Shown here: piece after piece, positions 1 through 7,468 of the stretch
Layout of the letters: every line of letters starts with the position of its first letter
Position numbering within the stretch: position 1 is the first letter of the stretch
From: Nitrosococcus oceani ATCC 19707
GTDB taxonomy: Bacteria > Pseudomonadota > Gammaproteobacteria > Nitrosococcales > Nitrosococcaceae
Assembly: GCF_000012805.1 (NCBI RefSeq)
Contig: NC_007484.1
Span: 1,680,001 to 1,712,000, forward strand
Length of the DNA stretch: 32,000 bases
Reading direction: 5' to 3'
Position numbers and translations under genes: made by a program
The notes under the pieces: generated by a model
The model's database searches: none
Seen by the model: only the letters and a program-made list of their open reading frames with translations
What the model was told of the DNA's origin: nothing

Positions 1-17
1 TCGGTTTATCGTCTCTT

Positions 18-395
18 ATGAAACAACCGTCCAATGGAATTGGATTGGAAGTAATAGGTCCAGAGTCATCCATTCATGAACTTGTACAGAAACCGCCCGT
101 GGATAGGCGTGTCAGTGCATGGCGCGAAGAACTTCCGGCTATCAATGGGTGCGTCATCGAATATTTGACCCGACGATCCTTAATACAAGCGGGATACGAA
201 CTTTATTTCACTCCCAAATTGCGATCTCACCAGGTTATAGCGGCCCTTGTTGTCGCGTATCCGATTCATGTATGGAAGATGCAACTATATTATCTAAGAC
301 GGGTGCTGTATTACGCATGGCGTTGGCGGCGCCTGTTGGCAAGGATTCAATTGATGGTCCGCCGCTTGGTTGAGCGGGCGGAAACCGTTCGGTAG
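18..395 (+). CDS. hypothetical protein; possibly the C-terminal part of a longer gene that starts left of the window
   Basis: ORF track 18..395. The same frame has no stop from position 3 (GLSSL precedes the ATG). I recognise no motif. It ends just before the next gene. Confidence 0.3.
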   Translation: MKQPSNGIGLEVIGPESSIHELVQKPPVDRRVSAWREELPAINGCVIEYLTRRSLIQAGYELYFTPKLRSHQVIAALVVAYPIHVWKMQLYYLRRVLYYAWRWRRLLARIQLMVRRLVERAETVR

Positions 396-404
396 GGGTT
401 GAGT

Positions 405-1829
405 ATGCCAGCACTATCTACACGCACAAATCTGCATGCCGGCATCTCCCTGAGAACTTTGTGGAGTGTATCGGTTTTTGTAGCAATCATTGTTCTTGTA
501 TCGGTCGTCGGTACGACAACTTCATCGGGGCATTTTTTTCTGTGGACGGGTTATATGGTAACCCTGGCTGCAATCATGACGGCTTGGCGCCGGGGTGGTA
601 TTTACTCACCTTATTATTGGTTTGTCCTGGCTGCCGCCTACCCTCTCCTTTCGCCATTTCTTATACAAGATCTATTGGGTTTTCCCTATTTTTCTTATTT
701 TGCCAGAGATATGCAGGATGCACAGGCATTAGGTGTGCCTATATTGGTCGGCGCGTTGGCTTCCTTGTTTCTGGCCCTTACCGTTCGCGAAACGGGGCAT
801 GGCAGTAGATTGGCAATAGAAGCCAACAAAGGGCGTCCAAGAATAGGGAAAAAATCAGCTTTTCTGTTGATTGTGCTATCCGCGCCATTAATTTTGTTTT
901 TTGCTTGGCTTGCTGAGCCTGGCCAAATTGTTGGCCTGGCGGACTATCAGACATTGCGGGAGCAGCGTATTGGTGGCGCGCGATTTGCCGGCGGCGCGTG
1001 GCTTCTTTTCGAGATTGTGGCGTTGTCGGGGTACCTCAGACTCAGAAATGAAAAGGGTGCATCCAAACGTCTAGGCAGTTATATGTTTTGGACGACTACG
1101 TTGTTCTCGTTCATCTGGCTTTTTCTTCATGCGCGGAGGAGTGAGACACTGGGTTTTGCTATTTTGCTATTTTGCATGCTTAGACCACAGCTGCAGTATG
1201 CAAGCAGCCGCTGGCCGCAGTGGCTCAATCAGCGTGTCGTGATACTTCTGCTCATACTGGTAGGGTTTAGCTTGATCGGCTATTTTCGCGGGACGTTGGA
1301 TTGGTCTTCATTAAATCGGCCTGATTATGTCCAGGCTCCAGGCGGTTCCGGGAATAATCTATTAACGTATATTGCGGCCTATCATTTAAAAGCAAAGGAA
1401 TGGTTGAACATCTACCCTGGCGAAACCTACTGGTACTATATGGTGAATCTTCCTCCGGAGATGCTGGGTTTCTCACGAGCGCCAACCGCTTACGATTTAG
1501 TGGAAGAGCAGGTTAATCTCATGGGCGGCCAGTACTGGTTGATGGAGCCGGTAATGAATGCGGGTGGCATTGGAATTGCCGTATTTGCTGGAATGCTTGC
1601 ATGGTTGTTAAGTTGGAGTATCCGTGGATTATTGTTGTTTCAGTCGGGCAGATGTCGGCCACATAGATTTTTGCAATCCGCCATGTTTATTGCGCTGATA
1701 TTTCGTACCATGTGGTACGGCCCGGACGCAGCAATAAATGGCTTCATAATGGCATTGGTGGTGGGGATGGCGTTGAATTGGGCTTTTATCGCTGGGCAAC
1801 CGAAATACAGGGGGGTTCATGGGAAATAA
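405..1829 (+). CDS. polytopic inner-membrane protein, Wzy/O-antigen-polymerase-like (function inferred from context)
   Basis: ORF 399..1829 (TTG) with an ATG at 405. It has many long hydrophobic segments throughout. It heads a run of epimerase, glycosyltransferase and methyltransferase genes and overlaps the next gene by 11 nt. Confidence 0.5.
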   Translation: MPALSTRTNLHAGISLRTLWSVSVFVAIIVLVSVVGTTTSSGHFFLWTGYMVTLAAIMTAWRRGGIYSPYYWFVLAAAYPLLSPFLIQDLLGFPYFSYFARDMQDAQALGVPILVGALASLFLALTVRETGHGSRLAIEANKGRPRIGKKSAFLLIVLSAPLILFFAWLAEPGQIVGLADYQTLREQRIGGARFAGGAWLLFEIVALSGYLRLRNEKGASKRLGSYMFWTTTLFSFIWLFLHARRSETLGFAILLFCMLRPQLQYASSRWPQWLNQRVVILLLILVGFSLIGYFRGTLDWSSLNRPDYVQAPGGSGNNLLTYIAAYHLKAKEWLNIYPGETYWYYMVNLPPEMLGFSRAPTAYDLVEEQVNLMGGQYWLMEPVMNAGGIGIAVFAGMLAWLLSWSIRGLLLFQSGRCRPHRFLQSAMFIALIFRTMWYGPDAAINGFIMALVVGMALNWAFIAGQPKYRGVHGK

Positions 1830-2781
1830 AGGAAAAATATTGGTTACCGGCGGGCGCGGGTTTATCGGCGTCAATTTAATTCAGCCGCTTTTGCAGAGTC
1901 GTGATGTGCGAGTCCTGGATAATCTGCAGCGTGCCTCTCCTACAGGATGGCAAAATCAAGCAGCGGATTTTTTTCAGGGAGATGTTCTCGAGCCAGGCTC
2001 ACTTGTGCCTGCTTTCACAGATGTGCCAAAAGTTATCCACCTGGCAGCTTATGGCTCGGTTGTCGAATCAGTTGCTGACCCTACAAGCAATTTTGCCGTG
2101 AATGTGCATGGTACGCTTAACGTGATGAACGCCGCAGTTGAGGCTGGGGTCGAGCGTTTGATATTTGCTTCAACCGGTGGCGCTTTGATTGGCGATGCAA
2201 CGCCACCCGTGGACGAGCGCTCGCTCCCCAAGCCCATTTCGCCCTATGGGGCAAGCAAACTCTGCGGCGAGGCCTACTGCCATGCGTTTGCGAAGTCGTA
2301 TCACTTGGAAACGGTCTGCCTGCGGTTTGGCAACGTTTACGGCCCACACAGCGCGCATAAAAAGGGGGCCGTGACGACTTTCATCAAAGCCCTTATGAAA
2401 GATGAGCCGATTGTAATTTATGGGGACGGTTCGGCATCGCGGGACTATATACACGTTGAAGACCTGGGCTCTGGAATTGCTGCGGCGCTCGAGGTACCGG
2501 TGGAAGGCAGTGAGACGTTCCACTTGGCATCCGGGCGGGAGACGACAGTTCTAGAATTAGCTGATATCCTTCGCCAGGTGGCTGGCAAGCCCCATCACCC
2601 CATCCATTTCAAAGCGGCCCGTCGTGGTGAAGTCTCGCGTAACTTCGCAACCTATGAAAAGGCCCGGTGTGCCTTCGGCTTTAAGCCGAAATGGCGTCTT
2701 GAGGACGGCTTGGCAGCCACCTGGGAATGGTTTATAAGCCAAGGCGAGCACGTGTTCTCTGTTGAGGCTACGGACTCATGA
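1819..2781 (+). CDS. NAD-dependent epimerase/dehydratase (extended SDR family)
   Basis: N-terminal Rossmann motif ILVTGGRGFIG and catalytic YGASK (YxxxK). Length about 320 aa. The stop overlaps the next start as ATGA at 2778. Confidence 0.85.
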   Translation: MGNKGKILVTGGRGFIGVNLIQPLLQSRDVRVLDNLQRASPTGWQNQAADFFQGDVLEPGSLVPAFTDVPKVIHLAAYGSVVESVADPTSNFAVNVHGTLNVMNAAVEAGVERLIFASTGGALIGDATPPVDERSLPKPISPYGASKLCGEAYCHAFAKSYHLETVCLRFGNVYGPHSAHKKGAVTTFIKALMKDEPIVIYGDGSASRDYIHVEDLGSGIAAALEVPVEGSETFHLASGRETTVLELADILRQVAGKPHHPIHFKAARRGEVSRNFATYEKARCAFGFKPKWRLEDGLAATWEWFISQGEHVFSVEATDS

Positions 2782-4004
2782 TTCATGTGCTTAGTATTGT
2801 TCATTATCCGGTCTTTGGGGGACCACATAACCGCAACATGCGTCTTGCGCCTGTTCTCGTGGAGAAAGGTGTGCGGACGACGGTGCTGTTGCCGGATGAG
2901 CCGGGTAATGCTGCCGAGCGGTTGCGCAATGGGGGCGTCGAAGTGGTGCAGCTACCACTGCAGCGAATTCGAGCGACTTCGAATCTGGGTACGCATCTTC
3001 AATTCTTTATAAACTTACCAGCTCAAGTGCGTGCTATCCGCGAACTTATCAAGCGTCTGCAGATCGATGTTGTCCAGCTTAATGGATTGGTAAATCCGCA
3101 CGGCGCCATTGCCGCACGCGGCGTCGGTATTCCGGTCGTGTGGCAGATTCTCGATACCTATCCGCCTATGCTCCTGCGGCGCTTGATGGGGCCGTTATTG
3201 CAGCGCTACGCGGATGTAGTGATGTGCACTGGCAAGCGGGTCGCAGCGGAACATCCTGGTGCTACGAAACGGCCGAATCAGTTAGTGCATTTTTTCCCTC
3301 CCGTCGATCTGAACTGCTTCACGCCTAATCCAGCCGTTCGGAAGCAGGCGCGAATGAATCTGGGGATAGCCGATACTTCTTTGGTAATTGGCACTGTGGG
3401 CAATATCAATCTCCAGAAGGGACACGATAACTTCATCCGGGCGGCTGCCCATTTAAAGGCTAAAGTTCCTGATGCGCGTTTCGCAATCCTTGGCGCCATG
3501 AACGAAAATCATCGCAGCTATACCGAGGGGCTATGGGCGCTTGCGGATCAACTTGGGTTGCAGGTTGGTCGTGATTTGTTTGCCTTCGACCCGACCGGGC
3601 GCGTGCATGAGTTGGTGCAGGCCATGGATGTATTTTGGATGACGCCACGGCCGCGCTCGGAAGGTATTCCAACCGCCATGGAAGAGGCGATGGCACTTGC
3701 GTTGCCGGTCGTGAGTTTCGATGTGGGCTCGATCGGAGAGTTAATTGAGCATGGCCGCACAGGCTATTTGGTGCATGACCAAGATCCAAAGGCGGTTGCT
3801 GAGTATACCTTCGACCGCTTGCTTGAGCGACAGGTTCGTACCGTGATGGGTAACCGAGGGCGCCAATTCGTTGAGGAACATGCCTCTCTTGAAGCCTGCG
3901 CGAATCGGCATATGAAGGCCTATAGCCTTGCACTACGTCTTGGCCCGGACGAGGCTGCAGCGCCTATTGTTAAATCCCCGGAGGAATCATCATCAGAAAC
4001 TTGA
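2778..4004 (+). CDS. glycosyltransferase, GT4 (GT-B fold) family
   Basis: C-terminal EGIPTAMEEAMALALPVVSFDVGSIGELIEHGRTGYLV matches the E-x7-E / GT1_4 signature. About 400 aa, translationally coupled to both neighbours. Confidence 0.85.
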   Translation: MIHVLSIVHYPVFGGPHNRNMRLAPVLVEKGVRTTVLLPDEPGNAAERLRNGGVEVVQLPLQRIRATSNLGTHLQFFINLPAQVRAIRELIKRLQIDVVQLNGLVNPHGAIAARGVGIPVVWQILDTYPPMLLRRLMGPLLQRYADVVMCTGKRVAAEHPGATKRPNQLVHFFPPVDLNCFTPNPAVRKQARMNLGIADTSLVIGTVGNINLQKGHDNFIRAAAHLKAKVPDARFAILGAMNENHRSYTEGLWALADQLGLQVGRDLFAFDPTGRVHELVQAMDVFWMTPRPRSEGIPTAMEEAMALALPVVSFDVGSIGELIEHGRTGYLVHDQDPKAVAEYTFDRLLERQVRTVMGNRGRQFVEEHASLEACANRHMKAYSLALRLGPDEAAAPIVKSPEESSSET

Positions 4005-4747
4005 TAGAAAAAAGTTGGAAGCTAGCCGGCTTGATGTCCCGGGGCGATAGCCGCTGGCTGGGTGCGCTACGATACGGGGTGGCCGCCGGCGTCGAGCATG
4101 TCCGGGCGCTGAAGAGCCTGGGCGAGATGGGTACAGTGGTGGATATCGGCGCCAACCGGGGACAGTTCGCTTTGGCGGCACGGCATTGCTTCCCCGGTGC
4201 GCGGATTGTTTCCTTTGAACCGTTGCCGGGGCCAGCGGAAAAATTCCGGCGGGTATTGGCGGGCGATTCACGGCTTGTGCTGCATCAAGTAGCCATCGGG
4301 CCGGCGCGGGGGGAGGAAACCATCCATATTTCCGCGGCCGATGATTCCTCCTCCCTGCTGCCCATTACCGGGATGCAGCGGTCGCTGTTTCCCGGTACGG
4401 GAGAAGTCGGGACAGCGGTCGTGCAGGTAGCGCCTCTATCGGAGTTTCTGCCCGCCGAAGAAATTGAACCACCGGCGCTGCTGAAGTTGGACGTACAGGG
4501 CTATGAGTTGGAAGCATTGAAGGGCTGCGAAGCATTGCTGAGCCGTTTTAGCACCGTGTATGCCGAATGTTCTTTCGCCGAGTTGTACGAGGGTCAGGCT
4601 TTGACCGATGAAGTCATTGCCTGGCTGCGCGATCGGGGCTTTCGTCTCTCAGGCGTGTACCACATGAGTTATGATGGCAAGGGTAGGGCGATTCAAGCTG
4701 ATTTTCTATTCACCCGTACGGCGGTATATGGCGTTTCCCTTGATTAG
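4001..4747 (+). CDS. FkbM-family methyltransferase
   Basis: VVDIGANRGQFAL SAM-binding motif, typical of the FkbM family, and a length of about 240 aa. The start is either TTG 4001 (TTGA overlap with the upstream stop) or ATG 4034. Confidence 0.8.
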   Translation: MIEKSWKLAGLMSRGDSRWLGALRYGVAAGVEHVRALKSLGEMGTVVDIGANRGQFALAARHCFPGARIVSFEPLPGPAEKFRRVLAGDSRLVLHQVAIGPARGEETIHISAADDSSSLLPITGMQRSLFPGTGEVGTAVVQVAPLSEFLPAEEIEPPALLKLDVQGYELEALKGCEALLSRFSTVYAECSFAELYEGQALTDEVIAWLRDRGFRLSGVYHMSYDGKGRAIQADFLFTRTAVYGVSLD

Positions 4748-4799
4748 CGATAAATTATCGCAAACGAGTAAAGTAAATCATGTCGGAGGTTTCGATGAC

Positions 4800-4871
4800 T
4801 CAAGTGGTTCTTGATTTCGATGCCGGTGCGTTAAAGAAGTAGATCAGGGTATTGGTGTCGAGCGCGAACAC
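4800..4871 (-). pseudogene. truncated PIN-domain (VapC-like) toxin stub, 23 codons
   Basis: On the minus strand, directly after the antitoxin stop: GTG TTC GCG CTC GAC ACC AAT ACC CTG ATC TAC TTC TTT = (M)FALDTNTLIYFF. This is the canonical VapC N-terminus with the first catalytic Asp. It then reads NAPASKSRTT-stop. A full PIN toxin is about 130 aa. Confidence 0.5.
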
Positions 4872-5102
4872 CTACAGCGGTTCCCGTGGCACATCCGCGG
4901 TTGTTTCCCGTCGTAACGTCTCGGCTTCTGGAAAGTCGCTCCAGGCGCCCGCCAGTTCCCGTACCGAATCTGGCCACTGGGTACGAGTTTTGTCCTTCAC
5001 CAGCGCCGCTACCCAGAGGCTTACGGGCATCTTGGCCGCAGCGGCGGCAGACTTGAGGGGCTGTTCCGTTTTGTCGTCGAGGTAAATGGCGATCTGGCCC
5101 AT
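4872..5102 (-). CDS. type II antitoxin of the kind usually paired with VapC (ribbon-helix-helix-like N-terminus)
   Basis: MGQIAIYLDD...SLWVAALV...WPDSVRELAGAWSDFPEAETLR...DVPREPL follows the pattern of VapC-associated antitoxins. The partner toxin downstream is only a stub. Confidence 0.7.
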   Translation of the reverse strand: MGQIAIYLDDKTEQPLKSAAAAAKMPVSLWVAALVKDKTRTQWPDSVRELAGAWSDFPEAETLRRETTADVPREPL

Positions 5103-5206
5103 ATGCTCATGCCTAATAACAACCTATATTTTAAATTATACTCTCCCATCGACATCGAAGGAGTGCATGGACGCACGACGACCCCCTAGTGAGGTCGCAA
5201 AGTGAT

Positions 5207-5235
5207 GTTTGTGGCGGGCAAAATTCGCGGTATAA
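5207..5235 (+). promoter_or_regulatory. candidate sigma70 promoter for tnpB (TATAAT at 5230..5235, weak -35 near 5207..5212)
   Basis: A perfect TATAAT hexamer lies 75 nt upstream of the ATG at 5310. It is followed by the stem-loop GGCTAG..AGTG-ttggaag-CACT..CTAGCC (5243..5273) in the putative 5' UTR. Confidence 0.3.
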
Positions 5236-5309
5236 TGAGCGCGGCTAGACAGTGTTGGAAGCACTACCTAGCCACTTGCCACAGACCCAATAGCGTAAGT
5301 ATTGAGGCC

Positions 5310-6491
5310 ATGACCGAGCCGGATTCTAGCAAAATACAGCGAAGCTACAAGTTTCGCTTCTACCCCACCAGCGTCCAGCGCCAGCAATTGGCGATTGAGT
5401 TTGGCCATGCCCGCTGGGTGTGGAATACCTGTCTGACCTGGCGGGGCCATCAATACAGGGTTCACGACAAATGCGTTAGCGGTGTTGATTTTAGCCGCCA
5501 GCTCACGTTTCTAAAAAAGCTAGGGGCTTACGGTTGGCTGGGCGAGGCGACCCGCGATTGCCTCATGCAAAAGCTCCGCGACCAGGACACGGCCTTCAGG
5601 AACTTCTTTGCGGGTCGGGCCAAGCATCCAAAGTTCAAAAAAAGGGCGCATACCCAAAGCATCCGCTACTGCTTCGATCATCGCCACAGGGGCAAGATAA
5701 AAGCGTGGATGGCGGGGCAATTGGTTCTGCCCAAGCTCGGGGCGCTCAAGCTCAAGTGGTCCCGCAGGCCCCAGGGCATCCCCAAGATGGTGACGGTCAC
5801 CCAGGACGGTGCGGGTCGTTATTTTATCTCCTTCATGTGCGAAGAGACGATCCAGCCGCTGCCGCGAAAGCCAAACGGTATCGGCGTGGATCTCGGCGTG
5901 AAGGATATTGTCGTGACTTCCGAGGGTTGGAAGTCCGGTAATCCTCGCCACCTACGCACTTATCGGCGTCTACTCACCAAAACTCAGCGTCGGCTCTCTC
6001 GCAAAGTCAGAGGTAGTGATCGTTGGCGCCGCCAGCGAGTAAGGGTCGCCAAGGCCCACGCCAGGGTGAGCAATACCCGTCAGGATTGGCTGCATAAGCT
6101 CAGCACGGCACTGATTCGCCAGGCTGGTTTCATCGCCATGGAAGATTTGAACGTCAGGGGCATGATGGCCAATAGACGGCTATCCAAGGCATTGGGCGAT
6201 GTGGGCATGCACGAACTTAAACGCCAATTGGAATACAAGGCTAAGTGGTATGGCCGAGAGTTTGTGCAAGTGGATAGGTGGGCGCCCACCAGTAAAACGT
6301 GCTCGGCGTGTGGCACAGTGCAAAAAGCCATGCCGCTCAATGTTCGCGAGTGGACTTGCCCGGACTGTAAGTCAGTCCACGACCGCGATATTAACGCGGC
6401 CCGGAATATTTTAAGGTTAACTACGGTTGGGAGGACCGGAAGTGATGCGCGTGGAGGAGTATACCAACCGGAGGTGGCTTATGGCTGCTAA
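5310..6491 (+). CDS. tnpB: TnpB (IS605 OrfB family) RNA-guided endonuclease, apparently intact
   Basis: N-terminus YKFRFYPT. RuvC-I GVDLGVKD, RuvC-II IAMEDLNVRGM, zinc finger CSACG...CPDC, RuvC-III HDRDINAARNIL. The track ORF starts at GTG 5202, but the family-typical start is ATG 5310 (MTEPDSSKIQRSYKFRF). Confidence 0.9.
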   Translation: MTEPDSSKIQRSYKFRFYPTSVQRQQLAIEFGHARWVWNTCLTWRGHQYRVHDKCVSGVDFSRQLTFLKKLGAYGWLGEATRDCLMQKLRDQDTAFRNFFAGRAKHPKFKKRAHTQSIRYCFDHRHRGKIKAWMAGQLVLPKLGALKLKWSRRPQGIPKMVTVTQDGAGRYFISFMCEETIQPLPRKPNGIGVDLGVKDIVVTSEGWKSGNPRHLRTYRRLLTKTQRRLSRKVRGSDRWRRQRVRVAKAHARVSNTRQDWLHKLSTALIRQAGFIAMEDLNVRGMMANRRLSKALGDVGMHELKRQLEYKAKWYGREFVQVDRWAPTSKTCSACGTVQKAMPLNVREWTCPDCKSVHDRDINAARNILRLTTVGRTGSDARGGVYQPEVAYGC

Positions 6492-6537
6492 AGGACTCCG
6501 TGGAAACGCGAATTGCAGCAAGGCGAGTGAGCTTGCC
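6400..6537 (+). ncRNA. putative omega-RNA (reRNA) scaffold overlapping the 3' end of tnpB; extent approximate
   Basis: In characterised TnpB systems the guide RNA scaffold spans the tnpB 3' end through the right end of the element. Here CGGTTGG (6424..6430) pairs with CCAACCG (6464..6470), and a terminal hairpin GCAAG-9nt-CTTGC lies at 6518..6536. A 20-mer in this region (6438..6457) is conserved exactly in a decayed copy at 10922..10941. Confidence 0.35.
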
Positions 6538-6618
6538 TGCCTGTGCGGTGCACGCAGACAGGTCGGGAACAAGCGAACGAGACTTAGCCGCAAACTCCAA
6601 CGAGATATTGGAAACTAG
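6523..6618 (+). pseudogene. decayed fragment of a second TnpB (zinc finger to RuvC-III region), frameshifted
   Basis: One frame translates as SELACLCGARRQ (CxxCG zinc-finger half). A second frame gives SERDLAANSNEIL (compare HDRDINAARNIL). The DNA is near-identical over about 40 nt to the zinc-finger region of the relic at 11052..11095. Confidence 0.4.
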
Positions 6619-6728
6619 CCGCGCAGAGTTTCTGAACGAGCTGTTCCGGCGCAAGATATCAGCCTGTCAGGTGACGATTGACGAATTGCGCGAGGAAATC
6701 AGTAATTTTTGATCATCCCGCTAGGAGA

Positions 6729-6785
6729 TTGACATGGTTATTAATACACCTCATTATACATGTTTAGATGTGTATAATGAGGTGT
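6729..6785 (+). promoter_or_regulatory. vapBC promoter with a perfect 15-bp inverted-repeat operator
   Basis: TTGACA at 6729..6734, then 17 bp, then CATTAT at 6752..6757. The inverted repeat is ACACCTCATTATACA (6746..6760) and TGTATAATGAGGTGT (6771..6785), separated by 10 nt. The right arm contains a second TATAAT and the vapB Shine-Dalgarno GAGGTG. Confidence 0.55.
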
Positions 6786-6788
6786 GCG

Positions 6789-6998
6789 ATGCGGACCAAT
6801 ATTGATTTGGATGACAAGTTGCTGGAGGCAGCCTTTCGCTGTGTCTCCGTGAAGAGCAAGAAAGAACTGGTGCATCTGGCGCTAAAGGAATTTGTCGAGC
6901 ATCATCAGCGTAAAGACCTGCGGGAGCTGCGAGGGCGGGCCAGTATCCGGTCGGATTATGATTACAAGGCGTTGCGGGAATACAAGGACGATACGTGA
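6789..6998 (+). CDS. vapB: VapB-type antitoxin (MRTNIDLDD family)
   Basis: MRTNIDLDDKLLEAA... is a typical N-terminus for antitoxins paired with PIN toxins. ATG at 6789 sits behind GAGGTG. The stop overlaps the vapC start as GTGA. Confidence 0.8.
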   Translation: MRTNIDLDDKLLEAAFRCVSVKSKKELVHLALKEFVEHHQRKDLRELRGRASIRSDYDYKALREYKDDT

Positions 6999-7402
6999 TA
7001 CTGGTGGATACGTCAGTCTGGATCGATTTTCTGCGTGACCGCGATACACCTGGAACCCAGGCCCTAAATAGGATTCTGGATCGGGATTATCCCTTCGGCA
7101 TCACGGGCATTATTTACCAGGAGATACTCCAGGGGGCGGATTCGCCGAAAAGCTTGCGCGTGTTGGTGGATTATTTCGCAACGCAGCGATTTTATCATCC
7201 GTTGGATAAGGTTGATACGTATAGGCGTGCCGCAGAGATATATGGGCACTGTCGGCGCAATGGAGTGACGATACGTAGTACGGTTGATTGCCTGATCGCG
7301 CAAATCGCCCTGGAGCATAATTTGTTTCTGTTGCATAGCGATCGGGATTTTCAATTGATGAAAGGCTGCGTCCCTGAATTACGCGAATGGTTGAATGATT
7401 AA
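6995..7402 (+). CDS. vapC: VapC PIN-domain ribonuclease toxin
   Basis: MILVDTSVWIDF (Asp1), QEIL (Glu), TVDCLIAQIA (Asp) and LLHSDRDF (Asp): all four PIN acidic residues are present. Length 135 aa. Confidence 0.9.
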   Translation: MILVDTSVWIDFLRDRDTPGTQALNRILDRDYPFGITGIIYQEILQGADSPKSLRVLVDYFATQRFYHPLDKVDTYRRAAEIYGHCRRNGVTIRSTVDCLIAQIALEHNLFLLHSDRDFQLMKGCVPELREWLND

Positions 7403-7468
7403 TTCCAGGGATAGGAAAGGTGGGAGTTAGGTAACGGGGCGCATAAACCGGGAGAGCGTTGGGGGATC

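Larger units (their letters stand above)
5170..6537 (+). mobile_element. IS200/IS605-family element carrying only tnpB (IS1341-like); boundaries approximate
   Basis: A tnpB ORF with no Y1 transposase ORF on either side. Hairpins lie at 5179..5197 and 5243..5273 upstream. The 3' region is structured, with pairing of 6424..6430 to 6464..6470 and a hairpin at 6518..6536. Homology to a second relic ends near 6524-6537. Confidence 0.4.

Noticed and set aside
4747-4761. Palindrome GCGATAAATTATCGC as a rho-independent terminator
   Set aside because: The stem is at most 5 bp with an AT-rich loop and no U-tract on either strand. It is noted only as a junction landmark.
6500-6712. 70-aa ORF downstream of tnpB (and ORF 6427..6618)
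   Set aside because: Both run through the frameshifted TnpB fragment. Their similarity to TnpB switches frame midway, so neither is a genuine gene. The C-terminal part (AEFLNELFRRK...EEISNF) could be a remnant of the disrupted target, but I cannot identify it.
6746-6785. The 15-bp perfect inverted repeat as the right-end hairpin of the IS605-type element
   Set aside because: It overlaps a well-spaced TTGACA/CATTAT promoter and the vapB SD, and it lies more than 200 nt beyond where homology to the other TnpB tails stops. A TA operator is the simpler reading, although an IS end cannot be strictly excluded.
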